From the NCBI RefSeq assembly GCF_018350175.1, contig NC_058368.1, forward strand, positions 54,004,001 through 54,068,000: 64,000 nt of DNA, read 5' to 3'. The position numbers were made by a program, and so were the translations under genes. The notes beneath the pieces are model-generated. The model was given only the letters and a program-made list of their open reading frames with translations, ran no database searches and had not been told where the DNA came from. This document shows positions 1 to 13,623 of this stretch, in pieces; positions within the stretch are counted from its first letter, which is position 1; each line of letters starts with the position of its first letter. The stretch is from Felis catus (taxonomy: Eukaryota).

Positions 1-29
1 TTTAAACAGTTCCCCTAACTTACTGCCAA

Positions 30-360
30 CATTGGGAGTACAAATTTTATGTTTAGTGAAAAGGAAACCTTGCAGAATTGTATGTAGGACAGTGGTACAA
101 TGGAATTTAAGTTTCAAGAATCACACTGGTTCCTTTGTTGAGAACAGATTCTAAGGAACCAACATGGCCTATAGTTTTTTGGTAGAAAATGTTATTATTT
201 CCTGAAATGAGAAAAACCGTGAGAGGAACATGTTTGCGGTAGTGAAATTAAGGGTTTGATTCTGGCCATTATTCATATGGAAATGTCACATAGTTGGATA
301 TAGGAATCCAGCAATTAGGATAAAATGTCAGAGCTGAATATATAACTTTGGTAGTTACTC
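30..360 (-). mobile_element. L2 LINE fragment (old, degenerate)
   Basis: Purine-rich strand resembling antisense L2; recognised by eye. Confidence 0.5.
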
Positions 361-421
361 TACCTCTGCTTGGCCAATATTGCTGATCACTTAATTTTTA
401 GGAAGTCAACTGTATTGTTGC

Positions 422-475
422 ATTAGTAATTAGATTACAGTAATTAGATTACTAGTAACTAGTAATTAGAGCTAG
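422..475. repeat. Short minisatellite, unit AGTAATTAGATTAC
   Basis: Two exact 14-bp copies (425-438, 439-452) followed by partial copies. Confidence 0.85.
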
Positions 476-871
476 TTTATAAACCATACAAGCTCACTGC
501 TCTCTTTAAAGACTGCATGCCCTCTCTGCTATGTTGCTCCCTGACCAACAAGCACAACAAAAAGAGACTTACCTAACTTACTCACTTTGTCCCCAACACT
601 CAAGTTTTCACTGAAATCACAGATGTTCTGAAAGAGACTCCAAAAAAGGAATTGAAAAAGTTGAAATTCAGGCAATATAGTCCTCGTGATTCGTATGGCT
701 TCCCATGGTATCAAACTATCTGGAGCTATACTCATTTGGATATGTAAGTTGTGGAGTATTTTTTAAAAGATTCTTTATGTTCAAATCTTACATAGATTTA
801 TATCTGTGCATATGTGTGTATATTTATGCAAACATATACATATGTAAAACATGGTCTAAATGTGTGTGTAT

Positions 872-878
872 GTGAGAG

Positions 879-910
<32 letters not shown>
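872..910. repeat. (GA)n microsatellite
   Basis: Direct reading. Confidence 0.95.
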
Positions 911-915
<5 letters not shown>

Positions 916-1269
916 AGATATGGTTGGGAAGAAAAGAAGAAACACATCACTGCTTTAACCAAGAATGCTGTAGTAATTGTGTGAAGAGCTTATACCCATT
1001 GACTTCAAGTTAAATAAGTTTAGTAATTAAATAGTCTAAGTTATCAGATTTGGTCTGACCCCTCCGTTTTACTTTTATCTCAGCAACCATGAAGCAAAGT
1101 TTTTTCCAGGATAGGCAAGCTGACAACATAAAACTGCACAAAAAGCTATGAAGTGCCAGCGCAGAGAATACTTTGATACCGAAACAAATAAACCTGTGTA
1201 AGTTAGCTGTCCCCAGGGTCAGCACTGGAGAGTGGCAATTGCAGTCTCCAAGATCTGCTTTATCTGTCT

Positions 1270-1450
1270 GGGAGGCAGTGTGATATTTGGGCTTTGAACC
1301 AAAACACCTGGGTTTGAGTCTGGATTGAATTTCTATCACTTAGGAATGTGACTTTATGAAATTCGTATAATTTCTCTGAATCTTAATTTTCTTTTTGTCT
1401 GTAAAATTTTCACATCAGTTACCTCATAGGGAAATGGCAAAGTGATTTGA
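1270..1450 (+). mobile_element. MIR SINE
   Basis: MIR core-like text (cctgggtttgagtc...tgtgacttt...ctctgaatcttaattttc...tctgtaaaat). Confidence 0.65.
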
Positions 1451-1466
1451 AGTAGATCTCAGTTGA

Positions 1467-1662
1467 TTTTTTTTAGTGTTCATTTATTTTTGAGAGTGAG
1501 AAAGAGAAAGAGAGCGAGCCAGGGAGGGGCAGAGAGAGAGGGAGACACCATCTGAAGCAGCTGTCGACACAGAGCCCGATGTAGGGCTTGAACCCACAAA
1601 CTGTGAGATCATGACCTGAGCTGAAGTTGGACACTTAACAGACTGAGCCATCCAGGCACCCC
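1467..1662 (-). mobile_element. Can-SINE (feline SINEC)
   Basis: Reverse-complement SINE head (tgagccatccaggcacccc), GA-rich tract, T tail, degenerate TSD. Confidence 0.95.
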
Positions 1663-2124
1663 AGAGCTCTATTGATTTTTATCAGTTATCAACATAAAAC
1701 CCACTTTTGTAAGTTCTCAGGAAACTTGAGTCCACTGACACCAGTTATGGGAACATTGATTAAAATAAAAACTGTGGGGAATGACCCAGGAAAGGTGGTG
1801 GATTACAAAAGAAGATTGAAAGACTCCCCACCTCCCACAGGGAAGAAGAAATGGGAAGAAATGTATGAACTTTCAGAAGAGGGAAAGTACAGACCTTGAA
1901 AAGAGGGAGAAAAACTTTAAAATTCCTTACTGCTGGTGGCTGTTCCAGTGTGAACTGGACCACAGAAGATGCAGTACGTTGTGAAATAATGAATATAATC
2001 ACAGAAGACTGGAGGAAGTTTGTCTGCTTAGGATTCAAAGAATATCTGCCCACAAAATTGGCTTAGCCTTGGTCTGGTCTGTATATGGACATGAAAAAGT
2101 AAACTAATCAAAAAATAAAGAAAA

Positions 2125-2398
2125 GGGGCACCTGGGTGGCTCAGTCGGTTGAGTGTCTGACTTTGGCTCAGGGTATGATCTAGTGGTTCATGAGTTCAAG
2201 CCCCACATTGGGCTTGCTGCTGTCAGCATGGAGCCCACTTTGGATCCTCTGTCCCCCTTCTCTCACTTTCCCTCTCCTGCTTGTGCACGTGCGCTCTCTC
2301 TCTCTCTCTCTCTCTCAAAAATAAATAAACCTTTAAGAATAAAAGAATTTAAAAATAGAATAATTAAAAGTAAATAAATAAATAAATAGTAAATAAAA
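2125..2398 (+). mobile_element. Can-SINE
   Basis: GGGGCACCTGGGTGGCTCAGTCGG head, (CT)n, AATAAA-rich tail. Confidence 0.95.
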
Positions 2399-5300
2399 AG
2401 TAACATCAATGGTTAGCTTGAAAAATGGCAAAATGTAGACTTCTCTGGATTAATTAATATTGTGGGTGTTGTCTCTCTGTTTAAGTTGAGATGTATACTT
2501 TATACTTACCTCAAGTGTCTCTGATATGTTCCCGGAGATTTTGTCCACTATAAATATTGACTAGTTGGGAACTTTTCACCTGCTAATTGTGTAGCCTGTG
2601 ATAATATCAGAACACCATGGGCCAAAGGTACTTCAGAAAAAATAAATAAGAAAATGGTGCAAATTAAAGATGTTTATGGAGGAGTCATTGCCCTGAATCA
2701 GGGAATCTACTAAACAACCAAGAAGCTACCTTAGGAGTCATCTCTTTGGAAGACCACCCAAATAAGGGTGAGGAAGATATTTATTCACAGGAAGAAAAAT
2801 AAAGAAAATGTTTGCAGAGGGTACCAAACTTTTTGGCACCCAGAATATTTCTTGGTCCATTACTCTGTTAGCTTCGAATAGTGCCATTAGCTAACTTCAG
2901 ACCTAAAGGAGGAAATGGGTATTGTGTATACTTAAAATTTTAGTGCACCACAGGGCTCCAAATCCACTAAAAGAAGTGGAACCAGTCCTGTCTCAAAAGA
3001 CAGTTCAGTAATTTGGGAAAGGCCAGATGAAGTTCCAAGTAAAATACTGATCACAAAGGAAGGCAGATGAAACAGATTATAGCCCACAGTTAGGTTGATT
3101 TGTTTTTAATATTATATCAGTGAATTCATGATGCATGTATATCCAAAGGCCACAGCTGCTTAAAATGCCTTTGTCCTATTCAGCGTAAGTTTGCATGCCT
3201 TCCCGGAGAATGGTTTCTGAGAACCTGATTTTCTTCACTCCCTGAGTCCCTCCCCCTTTGAGTAAAACAAAGGGCACACAGGCAGCATCCATCTCTTCAT
3301 GTGGTTGTGTTCAGTGTCCTGATTCATGCTTATACCTAGGCTCTCATCTGGACCCCATCTCCCAAAGTAGGGAGAACATCACTGTTCTCATTTCCATTAA
3401 TTATCACTGACCTTTGATTATGTGGAAAGAACCTGGGCTACAGAGTAATTTCTAACTGGACTGGGATACCAGTGCTCTCCTCTCCTGACTATGTGGCTCA
3501 GGCTAAGTTGTTTTCCCTTCTCTAGGTCTCAGTGGACCTTTGGTAGGTGAATTCTATTGCTTTTATCCCAGAAGTGCTCTTTTAGTGATTGTTGCTTTCC
3601 TGTGTGGCTACCAATGGAGCAACTTAGAAAGAAGATGGACATTGTCTCTGAGGGGAAATAATGAGTTAATGTTTGGACACGCTGGGCTTGAATAGATAGG
3701 AATGTGACCAGCCAGGTGAACCCATTGTTGTTTTCAGTTTTACCTGACGCTTAGTTGAGGATCTAAGCTAACTACCCCTGGAGTGGTATGTACATTATCT
3801 GAACTTGTTCCAAGCAGGGTGCTTTTAAAACCTCCCATGGCTCACAGCTTTCTTCAGGTCCAAGTCCTAAATATGGCATGAAGTTTAAAGCTATCTGTGC
3901 ACCCTGCCTCCTCTCTCCAAGGGTGATGATGTTCTGTGTATACGGGGTGTGAGATGACCCTGCCTTGCTGGAGATTACAGCGTAGAGCTGACAGAACTCA
4001 TCTGGGTACACACGCACAGCCCGGAGATTTAAGGTCTGTAGGCATCAAGGAAAGCAACCTGAGGGGTGACCCAATCCTTAATATTGAAGGGGAGGAAAAC
4101 CTCTCATATTATTCCCTTACAACAATGAAATATATATCCTTTGTATTCAGTATCTTTGAAGAAGAATCCTCTATACACTGTGTATGTAGCCCATTGTTTG
4201 TAATCTTTCCAGGTACAATGCTTTGCTACTGTCTAATTTAAATCTCTTGCTATGATATAGGCCTCCTCCCTGCTATACTCAGTGAAACAAGTCCACTTAA
4301 ATAGCATTCCTTTGTATATGTTTACATTATTTGAAGTATCTTCTCTTCCACAAAATCTGCAAACCCCATCTCTTTAACTTCTCTCAGCAATGCAATATCT
4401 CTAAAACTTTTTAGTGGAAGTATTTCTTTTTATCTGAAGTCTCTATCAAAAGTCAAGTTCTATTTCAATAAAAGTGGGTATCATTTATTACACGTAAACA
4501 CACCTTTGTATAGGTAACAGAATGATGACATTCTGTTAAACAAATAATATTCTAGGAGAGATTCATGATCCTTATGGAGTCAGTATTTCTTTTCTACTTA
4601 GAACCCTGTGATGGTTCTGTTTCAGACCTACCTTTCAGTAAAATGCTAAACTTCCATATTTGTCTTTTCTTAACCTAATTTTCACATATTTCAAGAAAGT
4701 GTTAGTGAACTTTATCTTAAAGTCTTAATCTTTATGTCATTCAAATGATACAGATGACGTTCGAGGTCTACAATAATCTCATTATGGTTATTTTTATTAT
4801 TTAAAACCGAGTTATTTTAAAATCCATTCTGTAATCTTTGAATACAGGCTAAGAAAAGTGATCTTGTCTGGGAGGGATGATTTTGATTTCTTCCACTAAT
4901 AGTGGAAACTTTAATGATTTGTCTAGGTCATTTAAGTGTGTGTGTGTGTTTCCTAATTCTACTTGACCTTGCAGTAGTCTTTATTTTCTCTTTGAAAATA
5001 TTGACTCAATTTATTTTGAACTGCCTAATATTCATAACACATTCATCGTATTTTTGACCTCCAGTGTTTCTGATAAATTCTTCACGCTGCTAGAAATCAA
5101 TATGGAAATAGATTTTGTTAAGGCTTCCATTAGGCCTGATTTTCTTAGGGAGAATATATGATATGGTAGTAAACATCTTGTTTCTGCTTCTGTGGTACTT
5201 CTGGGAATTGAACAGTCTGCCCTCAAGCAAATGCATCTCAAGCCAAGGAGGGATGCACCCTCATATTCTGTTAATTGATTGAAAGGGCAAATGATCTATA

Positions 5301-5487
5301 GGAAAAGTTGCATCATTAACTTAATTGAGGGCAAAGCCTAATTAGAGGGGAAATGAAGTAGACAGTGCCAGAGACCCAGCAGGCCTTCATCTGTGATGTC
5401 AACAAACAGACCTTGTAACTAGAACCAGACAGAGACTGCAGGCCTTCATTTACATCTTCAGTTTCAATGTGAAAACATTCACTCTGC

Positions 5488-5491
<4 letters not shown>

Positions 5492-5532
<41 letters not shown>
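5492..5532. repeat. (TG)n microsatellite
   Basis: Direct reading. Confidence 0.95.
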
Positions 5533-5534
<2 letters not shown>

Positions 5535-6821
5535 CAGCAAAGAGAAAGGCAAAAATTTACATAGTTAGATAGAAATCAGTTCCTCCCAGGTGGAGCTGCC
5601 TAGTGGGGAATCAATATGTTTTAAACAAGTTAATGGGGTCGTATGTGTTTGAGAGGGCAATCTGAAACACATTTGAACTTTAAATCTGGGGAAGGGGTCA
5701 ATCCTATTCTCAATGATAGAGTGGCCTTAGAAGTAAATCAAATACAAAGATTTTTTTCCAACTTGAATGTGGGCAGATCACAGTGGGAATTTATTTGGGA
5801 CCTGATGATATTACCATAGGAACAGATATGAACTATTTGAACACATTTTGATAGACACCAATTTATCCTATACTAAATAGCCTTCTTGAAATAGGTACAA
5901 AATTATAGTCATTACAGAACATCAGAGAGATTGATTCCACTGCAGTGTAAGTTGGAAGTGAAGATATTCAGCTTCCTCTGTAGTCTTTAACTGAACTGCT
6001 TTCTAGCAACACCTGACAACTTGGGTGTTAGAAGCTGCTGCATCATAAACAGCAATATTAAAGTTTAGATGTTTCCTAAGTGTTGTAAATTTAGGTTCAG
6101 ATCTGAACTGAGATAGGTGGTGATGGTCAGAACATGGGCTCTTTGTCCTTCCAGAAAATTTTCCATGTCCAACTCGCCATTGAGTGTGCTTTCCTCTGAC
6201 TGCAGCAACACAAACAACATGTTTCACAAGAAATGCCACTTGAAAGAAATAAAGATTGCAAGCAGACACATTGCGGCTACAACACTAGTTGTTAAAATAC
6301 ATAGGCATTATTTCTCAATTCAACTGTTGTCCTTGACTGTAAAAACTGGGCCCCATTTCATATTTCTCATGCATACACAGATTTCTATATTTAAATAAGA
6401 AAATCACAACGTTAATAGAAAATATGGCTAATAATATAGTTCAGCTAAGAAAGAGAAAAGTCACACATTAATTCACTAAAATTTTATTTAGCTGAGCATA
6501 CCAACCAGATGCTATATTTGATCAATAAAATCAGACTTGTGTATATACATTAAAAAAAAATCCTAATGACATTGGGGAGGACACTGGTAACAATTTGCAC
6601 TGGTAGGAACTTAAAATTATATGGATACATTGTCTTAGAAATCTGGATCAATAATGATATTTTCAGACTTGATTAGGAAATTCTCTTTTTCTTCTACCAT
6701 TTATTTCTCTGAAAACTTACACTTCTGCTTTTCAATTTTGATTCATGCACAGACTGCTGAAGATTTTCAAACTGTCAAAACCATATCAACAGAAAGAACT
6801 AATTGCAGACGAAGTTCGTTC

Positions 6822-7029
6822 TTTTTTTATGTTTATTTATTTTTGACAGAGAGAGACAGCCCGAGCAAGCAGGGGAGGGTCAGAGGGGGAGGGGAGACAT
6901 AATCCGAAGCAGGCTCCAGGCTCTGAGCTGTCAGTGCAGAGCCAGAAGCGGGGCTCAAACCCGCAAACCATGAGATCATGACCTGAGCCAAAGTTGGACG
7001 CTTAACCGACTGAGCCACCCAGGTGTCCT
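6822..7029 (-). mobile_element. Can-SINE (SINEC_Fc type)
   Basis: Full-length reverse copy; flanks gacgaagttcgttctt / gacaaagtttgttctt (TSD). Confidence 0.95.
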
Positions 7030-7763
7030 GGACAAAGTTTGTTCTTACTGGTCATGTGGTCATAAAGAATGAATCTATTTTGCAGCCACTTTCTTATCAT
7101 CAGTAGAAACATTCATGCTTCCACAATCTTTTCTTTGTAAATTCTAAAATCACAAATTTCATCCAAAAAATAACAAAGGAATCAGTGGTCTGTTTTAATG
7201 ATTTCCCTCAACTGTAGAGCTAGACTCGCATTAACAGCTGAGTGTTACATTTTGTTTAAATACAGAGATAATCTCATTTTCCTCTAGGATTGCATTTGTT
7301 GAGAGATTATTGTCAGGCAATACGACATGTAATTTTTAAAGTAATAATAACAGCATATTCATTTTCTCAAATTGAAAACCAAGGAGTTCTTGGCTTGTTA
7401 TGTTTAGTAGCAATGTTTTCACTACAAATCCACAAAAATTTTTATAGATTTGTAACATTTTTCTCATCATGTCTGTAAAACAGAAAATGTGAATCTGAGA
7501 TAATAATTCAGACCTCTAGTGGATTGGTAGTTTTGGATTAATTAACTTAAGTTCCACATCATACTGCATTTGCTTCTGGAGAAACATCAGTGAGAGCTTT
7601 TGCTACCTAATGAGCATTGGAGAGGAATGCAAAGTTCAGGTTTCCATGTGGTTCAGATTCTACTGCCTGAGCTGATAATAAACACTGGCTGGAATTGGGC
7701 AATGAAGAATACAGAACATAGACCTTCCAAATCATGGAATTCAAATTCCTCCTAGACCCCCCC

Positions 7764-7974
7764 TTTTTTTTTACATTTATTTATTTTTGATAGAGAGAGA
7801 CAGAGCACAAGTGGGGGAGGGAGATAGAGATAGAAGGAGACACAGAATCCAAAGCAGACTCCAGGCTCTCAGCTGTCAGCACAGAGCCCAACACGGGGCT
7901 CGAACTCACAAACCGCAAGATCATGACCTGAGCTGAAGTCGGACGCTTAACCGACTGAGCCACCCAGGCACCCC
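7764..7974 (-). mobile_element. Can-SINE (SINEC_Fc type)
   Basis: Full-length reverse copy. Confidence 0.95.
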
Positions 7975-8214
7975 CCTCCTGGAGTCTTAAATTCCATTAT
8001 TACATAATCCAAACAGCACTACATAGAAGAATCTATAGCTTATATTTTTAAAATTTCATGAAATAATCCTGGTATTTTGTCTACCTAGTGTCAAATCTAT
8101 ACGATTAATATTTTTATTTTCTTCTAAATCCTTAATATTAAGTCATCATAATGTTCATTCTCATATTGAGTCCCCGTTCTTGTGTTTTCAAGGAAAGTAT
8201 TTGGAACTCTCTTT

Positions 8215-8380
8215 ATCAGAAAAACCTGGATTTGAATCTGAAAGCTATCTATCACTCGCTAGTCACGTGTTCTTGACGTACCTCTGAAACTTAAAATTTT
8301 TCATATATAAAGTTGGAATAATAATAATAACATGTATCTCATCATGTAATTGTGAAAGTTCATGAAAGTTAAATGAGACA
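8215..8380 (+). mobile_element. MIR SINE
   Basis: cctggatttgaatc...ctctgaaacttaaaatttttcatatataaagttggaataataata. Confidence 0.6.
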
Positions 8381-9229
8381 GGGGTGGGGAGATGTTTTAT
8401 CAAATGAGATGGGGTGGGATCAACCTTTTATTCTAAGCACAACTATTCTCTCAGGAGTCACAACCCTTGTTCCAACTCCAAGCAAGTGGAAAAGGGAATA
8501 AACTGATAACAATAAAGGGAAGATAGAAAGTGGGGGTTGTCAGTAGTAGATAAGAGATTTCAACAAATTCTGGTTAGATAGGACCAATGGAAAGCTTCTG
8601 ACCAAAGAAACAAAGGGGAGGAATCCGCATTCCAGAGAGGCCCATGAAGAAGCTTCATGGGAGCCAGTCTTCTGGGCAGCAGCACTGTGGGCTCAGAGTT
8701 GACCACATGGAGAGTGGGAGTAAGGAATGGAGCTAAAACAGGGGCATTAAAAGAACTTCTGTGCTCCACCTTTCCAACCCTAGTCCCTCAACCCTCCTGC
8801 TGACAGAAAGACTGGAATTGCAGGCCAGCATTTACCTCCAGGCTAAACAGTATAAGGCTTTATGGGAGCAAGGGGAGTTGGGGTGGAGTTCACAAGCTTT
8901 CCATTTAAAGCTAAGACTTCCAGTATGGATAAGGAAGATCAAACACTCCTTGCACTAGCCTTTGAAGGCCCAGCTGACCTCTGGCTTTCTTCCTGCCCAC
9001 AGCACCACACTGTAGTAAAGTGAAGTGAAGTCTGCCAACTGAGCTGGAGAACTTCATTTGCATCCTGAATAGCTTTCCTATGTGGGGGAGAAGTCATTGT
9101 GGAAACTGACCTATCTATAACACATCTACCTCTATCTCCATTGGCCACCTACACTAAGTCAGGCCTTCATGTTTTCTGTTTTCTGTAAAAACAGAAAAAC
9201 GTAAATCATCAGGATAATGTAGAGAATCA

Positions 9230-9480
9230 GTAATTACAACTACAATTTATTAGTACTTATATATGATAGATACCAGTCAATGTCTTTACAGTTTTTAATA
9301 GTTTAATCCTTTTAGAAATAAAATCTCATTTAGATAGGTAATTATAATTACTATTTTATAGTTGAGGAAACTAAGTCGCATTAGAAGCATAAGCATCTAT
9401 CCAGAGCCACATAGTGAATAAATGATAGCGCTGAGATTGAAAGCCAGAAGTCTGACTCCAAGAAACTACATTCTTAAGAG
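9230..9480 (-). mobile_element. MIR SINE
   Basis: attttatagttgaggaaactaag...gagattgaaagccagaagtctgactcc. Confidence 0.7.
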
Positions 9481-9735
9481 CTATAAAGTACTATCTAGCT
9501 CTCTAAGTTCATTTTTAAAGTTTTTTTAAAAACAAGATAAAAAAATATAAACAATTCAGAGAGTACAAAAAAAAGTTTACCTTTAATTACTATGCTCAAA
9601 GAGATATGATAGCTTATTTCATGAACACAGAAACAGAGAAAAAGAGAGTTCTTACAAATTAAAAATATGACTGCCAAGTATAAAAAAAAAATCAATGAAT
9701 GGAAGCTAGAAGCAAAAAAGCATCTGCACTGACAA

Positions 9736-9751
9736 CACAGAGCCTGCTTGG

Positions 9752-9802
<51 letters not shown>

Positions 9803-9844
9803 CCTCCCCCCCTCAAAATAAATAAATAAAACTTAAAAAAAAAA
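9736..9844 (+). mobile_element. 5'-truncated Can-SINE with long (CT)n
   Basis: cacagagcctgcttgg, (CT)n, AATAAA and A tail. Confidence 0.85.
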
Positions 9845-12065
9845 GGTGAAAAACATTTGCTTATAATGGAAGAAGGACCACCACAATGAAACCTAAGAAT
9901 TTTTTTAACAGCTATACTGGATGCAGATAAGTCTTTGGAGTAAATCCTTTCAGGTACTGAGAGAAAATTTTCTTGAGACCATAATACAGTATAAATTCAA
10001 CTATAAATCAGGGGTGGCAGCAAAAGGAAGATATTTTCACACTAAAATGGATGAAACAAGATATAGTGGCATAAGCATATTATTTGTATCTATGTATGTA
10101 ACCACCAGAAAAACTAAAAATTTCAGTAGTTGAAAATGTATAATTCTGAGAAGTGAGTATGGACATAAGAATGTATGAGTCAGGAGACAATTTTAGTGTA
10201 TGCCATTTTGTACTCTGATTTTATTTTACCATTTTTGATTATTTATTTTTTATATGCTTTATTAAAATTGAAAATGTATTTCAAGCATCTAGTCAATTTT
10301 TAGTATAGATAGCCATTAAATGTTGGTGACCCACTCTATACTATGGTACCATTTACAAACCCTAGGTCTATCACATGTTTGTTATATGAGCTTGATGAAT
10401 TATTGAACTTTTCTCTGCCTCAGTTGTGCCTTCTATAAAACTGGAAAAAGGGAGCAATCATTGTACTTATGTGTGCTTATTAGAATGTTTCACCATTCAG
10501 TAAATATTAACAATTACTAGTATCATTTTAGTTTCCTTTGTAACAAACTGACCCTGCTCTTTATGATTTTACAGCAATTTTTTATTGTCCACTGCTTCAA
10601 AACTAGATTTAGACAAAATACTTTTTAGTTATGCAGTGGGATTCTAAACCAGTTCTGAGAAACAAGATTTTTAAATGTTAAACATTACTTGCTCTTAATT
10701 TAAACAAATTAATGCCATTCAATTTGAAATTTGACTTTATCCTCTAAAGCAGGGAACAAGACTGGGATATCCACTCTCACCATTGTTATTTAACGTAATA
10801 CTGGAAGTCCTAGCCTCAGCAATCATACAACAAAAAGGAATAAAAGGCATCCAAATAGGCAATGAACAAGTCAAACTTCCACTATTTGCAGATGACATGA
10901 TATTCTATATAGGAAACCCAAAGGACTCCACCAAAAAATTGCTAGAACTGATACACAAATTCAGCAAAGTCGCAAGATACAAAATCAATGTACAGAAACC
11001 TGTTGCATTTCTATAAACCGATAATGATGCAGCAGAAAGAAGAATCAAGGAATCAATCCCATTTACAATTGCACCAAAAACCATAAGATATCTAGGAATA
11101 AACCTAACCAAAGAGGTAAAAAGATCTGTACTCTGAAAACTATAGACCACTTATGAAAAAAATTGAAGCAGACACAAAGAAATGGAAAAACATTCCATGC
11201 TCATGGATTGGAAGAAAAATATTGTTAAAATGTTTATACTACCCAAAGCAATCCACACATTTAATTCAATCCCTATAAAAAAAAAAAAAAAAAACCACCA
11301 GCATTTTTTATAGAGTTACAATAAAGAATCCTAAAATTTGTATAGAACCACAAAGACCCTGAATAGCCAGAGAAATCTTGAAAAAGAAAAGCAAAGCTAG
11401 AAGCATCACCAACAGAATATGGTCAACTAATCTTTGAGAAAGCAGGAAAGAATATCCAGTGGAAAAAAAGGTGGTCTCTTCAGCAAATGGTGTTGGGAAA
11501 ACTAGAGAGCAACATGCAGAAGAATGAAATTAGACCACTTTCTTACCATACATAAAAATAAATTCAAAATGGTTGGAAGACCTAAATGTGAGACAGGAAA
11601 CCATCAAAATCCTAAAGGAAAACACAGTCCATAGCAACTTCTTACTAGACACATCTCTGGAGGCATGGGAAACAAAAGCAAAAATGAACAATTGGGATTT
11701 CACTAAGATAAAAAGCTTCTGCACAGCAAAGGAAACAATCAGCAAAACTAAAAGGCAACCGACAGAATGGGAGAAGATATTTGCAAATGACATATCTGAT
11801 AAAGGGTTAGTATCCAAAATCTATAAAGAACTTATCAAACTGAACACCCAAAAAACAAATAATCCAGTGAAGAGATGGGCAAAAGACATGAATAGACACT
11901 TCTCCAAAGAAGATATCCAGATGGGTAACAGACACATGAAAAAATGCTCAACATCACTCATCATCAGGGAAATACAAATCAAAACCGCATTGAGATACCA
12001 CTTCACACCAGTCAGACTGGCTACAATTAATGACTCATGAAATAGCAGGTGTTGGAGAAGAGGAT

Positions 12066-12067
12066 GT

Positions 12068-12114
<47 letters not shown>

Positions 12115-12159
12115 ATGTGTGTGTGTATGTGTATATATATATGTGTGTATATATATATA

Positions 12160-12228
<69 letters not shown>
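12066..12228. repeat. Compound (TG)n/(TA)n microsatellite inside L1
   Basis: Direct reading. Confidence 0.95.
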
Positions 12229-12231
<3 letters not shown>

Positions 12232-12264
12232 GGAATATTATTCAGCCATCAAAAAGAATGTAAT

Positions 12265-12452
12265 TGGTACACCTGGGTGGCTCAGTCAGTTAAGCATCTC
12301 GCTCTTGATTTTGGCTCAGGTCATGATCTCACAATTCCTGGGATTAAGTGCAGAGCCTGCTTGGGATTCTCTCTCTTCCTCTCCCCCTCCCCTGCTTGTA
12401 TGTGTGCTCTCTCTCTCTCTCTCTCTCAAAATAAATAAATAAAACTTTAAAA
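12265..12452 (+). mobile_element. Can-SINE nested in L1
   Basis: SINE head and tail; TSD-like aaaaagaatgtaat / aaaaggaatgaaat. Confidence 0.9.
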
Positions 12453-13189
12453 AAGGAATGAAATCTTGCCATTTGCAATAGCATGGTTGGATCTAGAGTA
12501 TATTATGCAAGCAAAATAAATCAGTTAGAGAAAGGGAGAGAAAGTCATAGAGAATGAACTGAGGGTTGAATGGAGGGAGGTGGGTGGAGGATGGGCTAAA
12601 TGCATGATGGGTATTTAGGAGGGCACTTGTGATGAGCACTGGGTGTTATATGTAAATGATGAATCACTAAATTCTACACCTGACACCAATTTTACCATAT
12701 AAGTTACCAACTAGAACTTAAATAAAACTTGAAGAGAAAAGAAAAATAAAATTGAACTTTACCCTGATTATTTAAAATTTTATATTCATACTAACAAAGA
12801 GAGTTCATATATTTTATATTTATAGAATACAGTTATTAAACATTTTTTGAATCTCAAAATTTTTTAATCTTAATCACATTTGCTTTATAATTTTCCTAAA
12901 GATTGTCTTACAGGATATGACTCTTTCATACATCAGGGTTGGCACACTGCAGTTTTGAGAATTGTGTTCATAGGTGCTTGTCAACCTTGGAAGAAAGTGT
13001 CATCATGGGAAACATATTTAATTTGTGTCTACAATATCACTGCTCCACGGGTGGTGGTTTAAATAATAATACAGAAGACATCCATGACCTGAAAGAGTTA
13101 CTGCAACAAAGTACTGGCCATCAGAGTTGGATGCTGTTACTTCCTAAAGTTTCCATTTGAAATATGACTCTAAAAAGTTATCAAGACCT

Positions 13190-13623
13190 TTACCAAAAAT
13201 ACATTTTATAGTTCTGGAGGTCAGAAATATGTAATGAGTTTCACGGGGCCAAAACCAAAGTGTTGGTAGGACTGCATTCTTCTGGAGGATGTAGGGAAAA
13301 GGGGTCAGTTTCCCTGTTTTTCCAGCTTCTAGAGGCCTTCTTTACTCCTTGACATGTGGCCCCTCTATCTGCAAAGTCCATCGCTTCAACTTCTGTTTCC
13401 ACTGTCACATCTCTCCCCTGACTCTCATCCTCCCAATCCCCCTCTTTTAAGGACTCTTGACTACATTGGGCCCAAGCAGATAATCCAGGATAGATCCCAC
13501 CATCTCAGCATCCTGAATTGAATCACATCTGCAAAATCCCTTTCACCATGTAAGGCAACATATTGGCAGGTTCCAGGGATTAGGATAAGGGTATCTTTGG
13601 ATAACTTTTATTCTGTCCACCAC
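13190..13623 (-). mobile_element. MaLR solo LTR (MLT1C-like)
   Basis: agttctggaggtcagaa...ttccagcttctagaggc...attctgtccaccaca. Confidence 0.8.

Larger units (their letters stand above)
10744..12748 (+). mobile_element. 5'-truncated carnivore L1 (ORF2 RT/C-terminal part + 3'UTR), inactive
   Basis: ORFs give [10 protein letters not shown]...LFADDMI (RT motif) and [12 protein letters not shown]...EWEKIFAN; stops, frameshifts and internal deletions; degenerate TSD 10727-10743 / 12749-12765 (14/17). Confidence 0.95.

Noticed and set aside
6117..6398. 93-aa ORF with a plus-strand acceptor-like site (tttgtccttccag)
   Set aside because: No recognisable protein similarity and no convincing downstream donor.
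6833..7018. Recurring MAQSVKRPT... ORFs and tRNA-like A/B boxes
   Set aside because: These are Can-SINE heads (tRNA-derived), not protein or tRNA genes.
11573..12040. Longest ORF (155 aa) as a host gene
   Set aside because: It is a fragment of L1 ORF2 in a truncated, frameshifted element.
12030..12442. Cys/Val/Tyr/Ile-rich ORFs (also 21514-21812, 46324-46519, 53350-53761)
   Set aside because: Translations of microsatellites.
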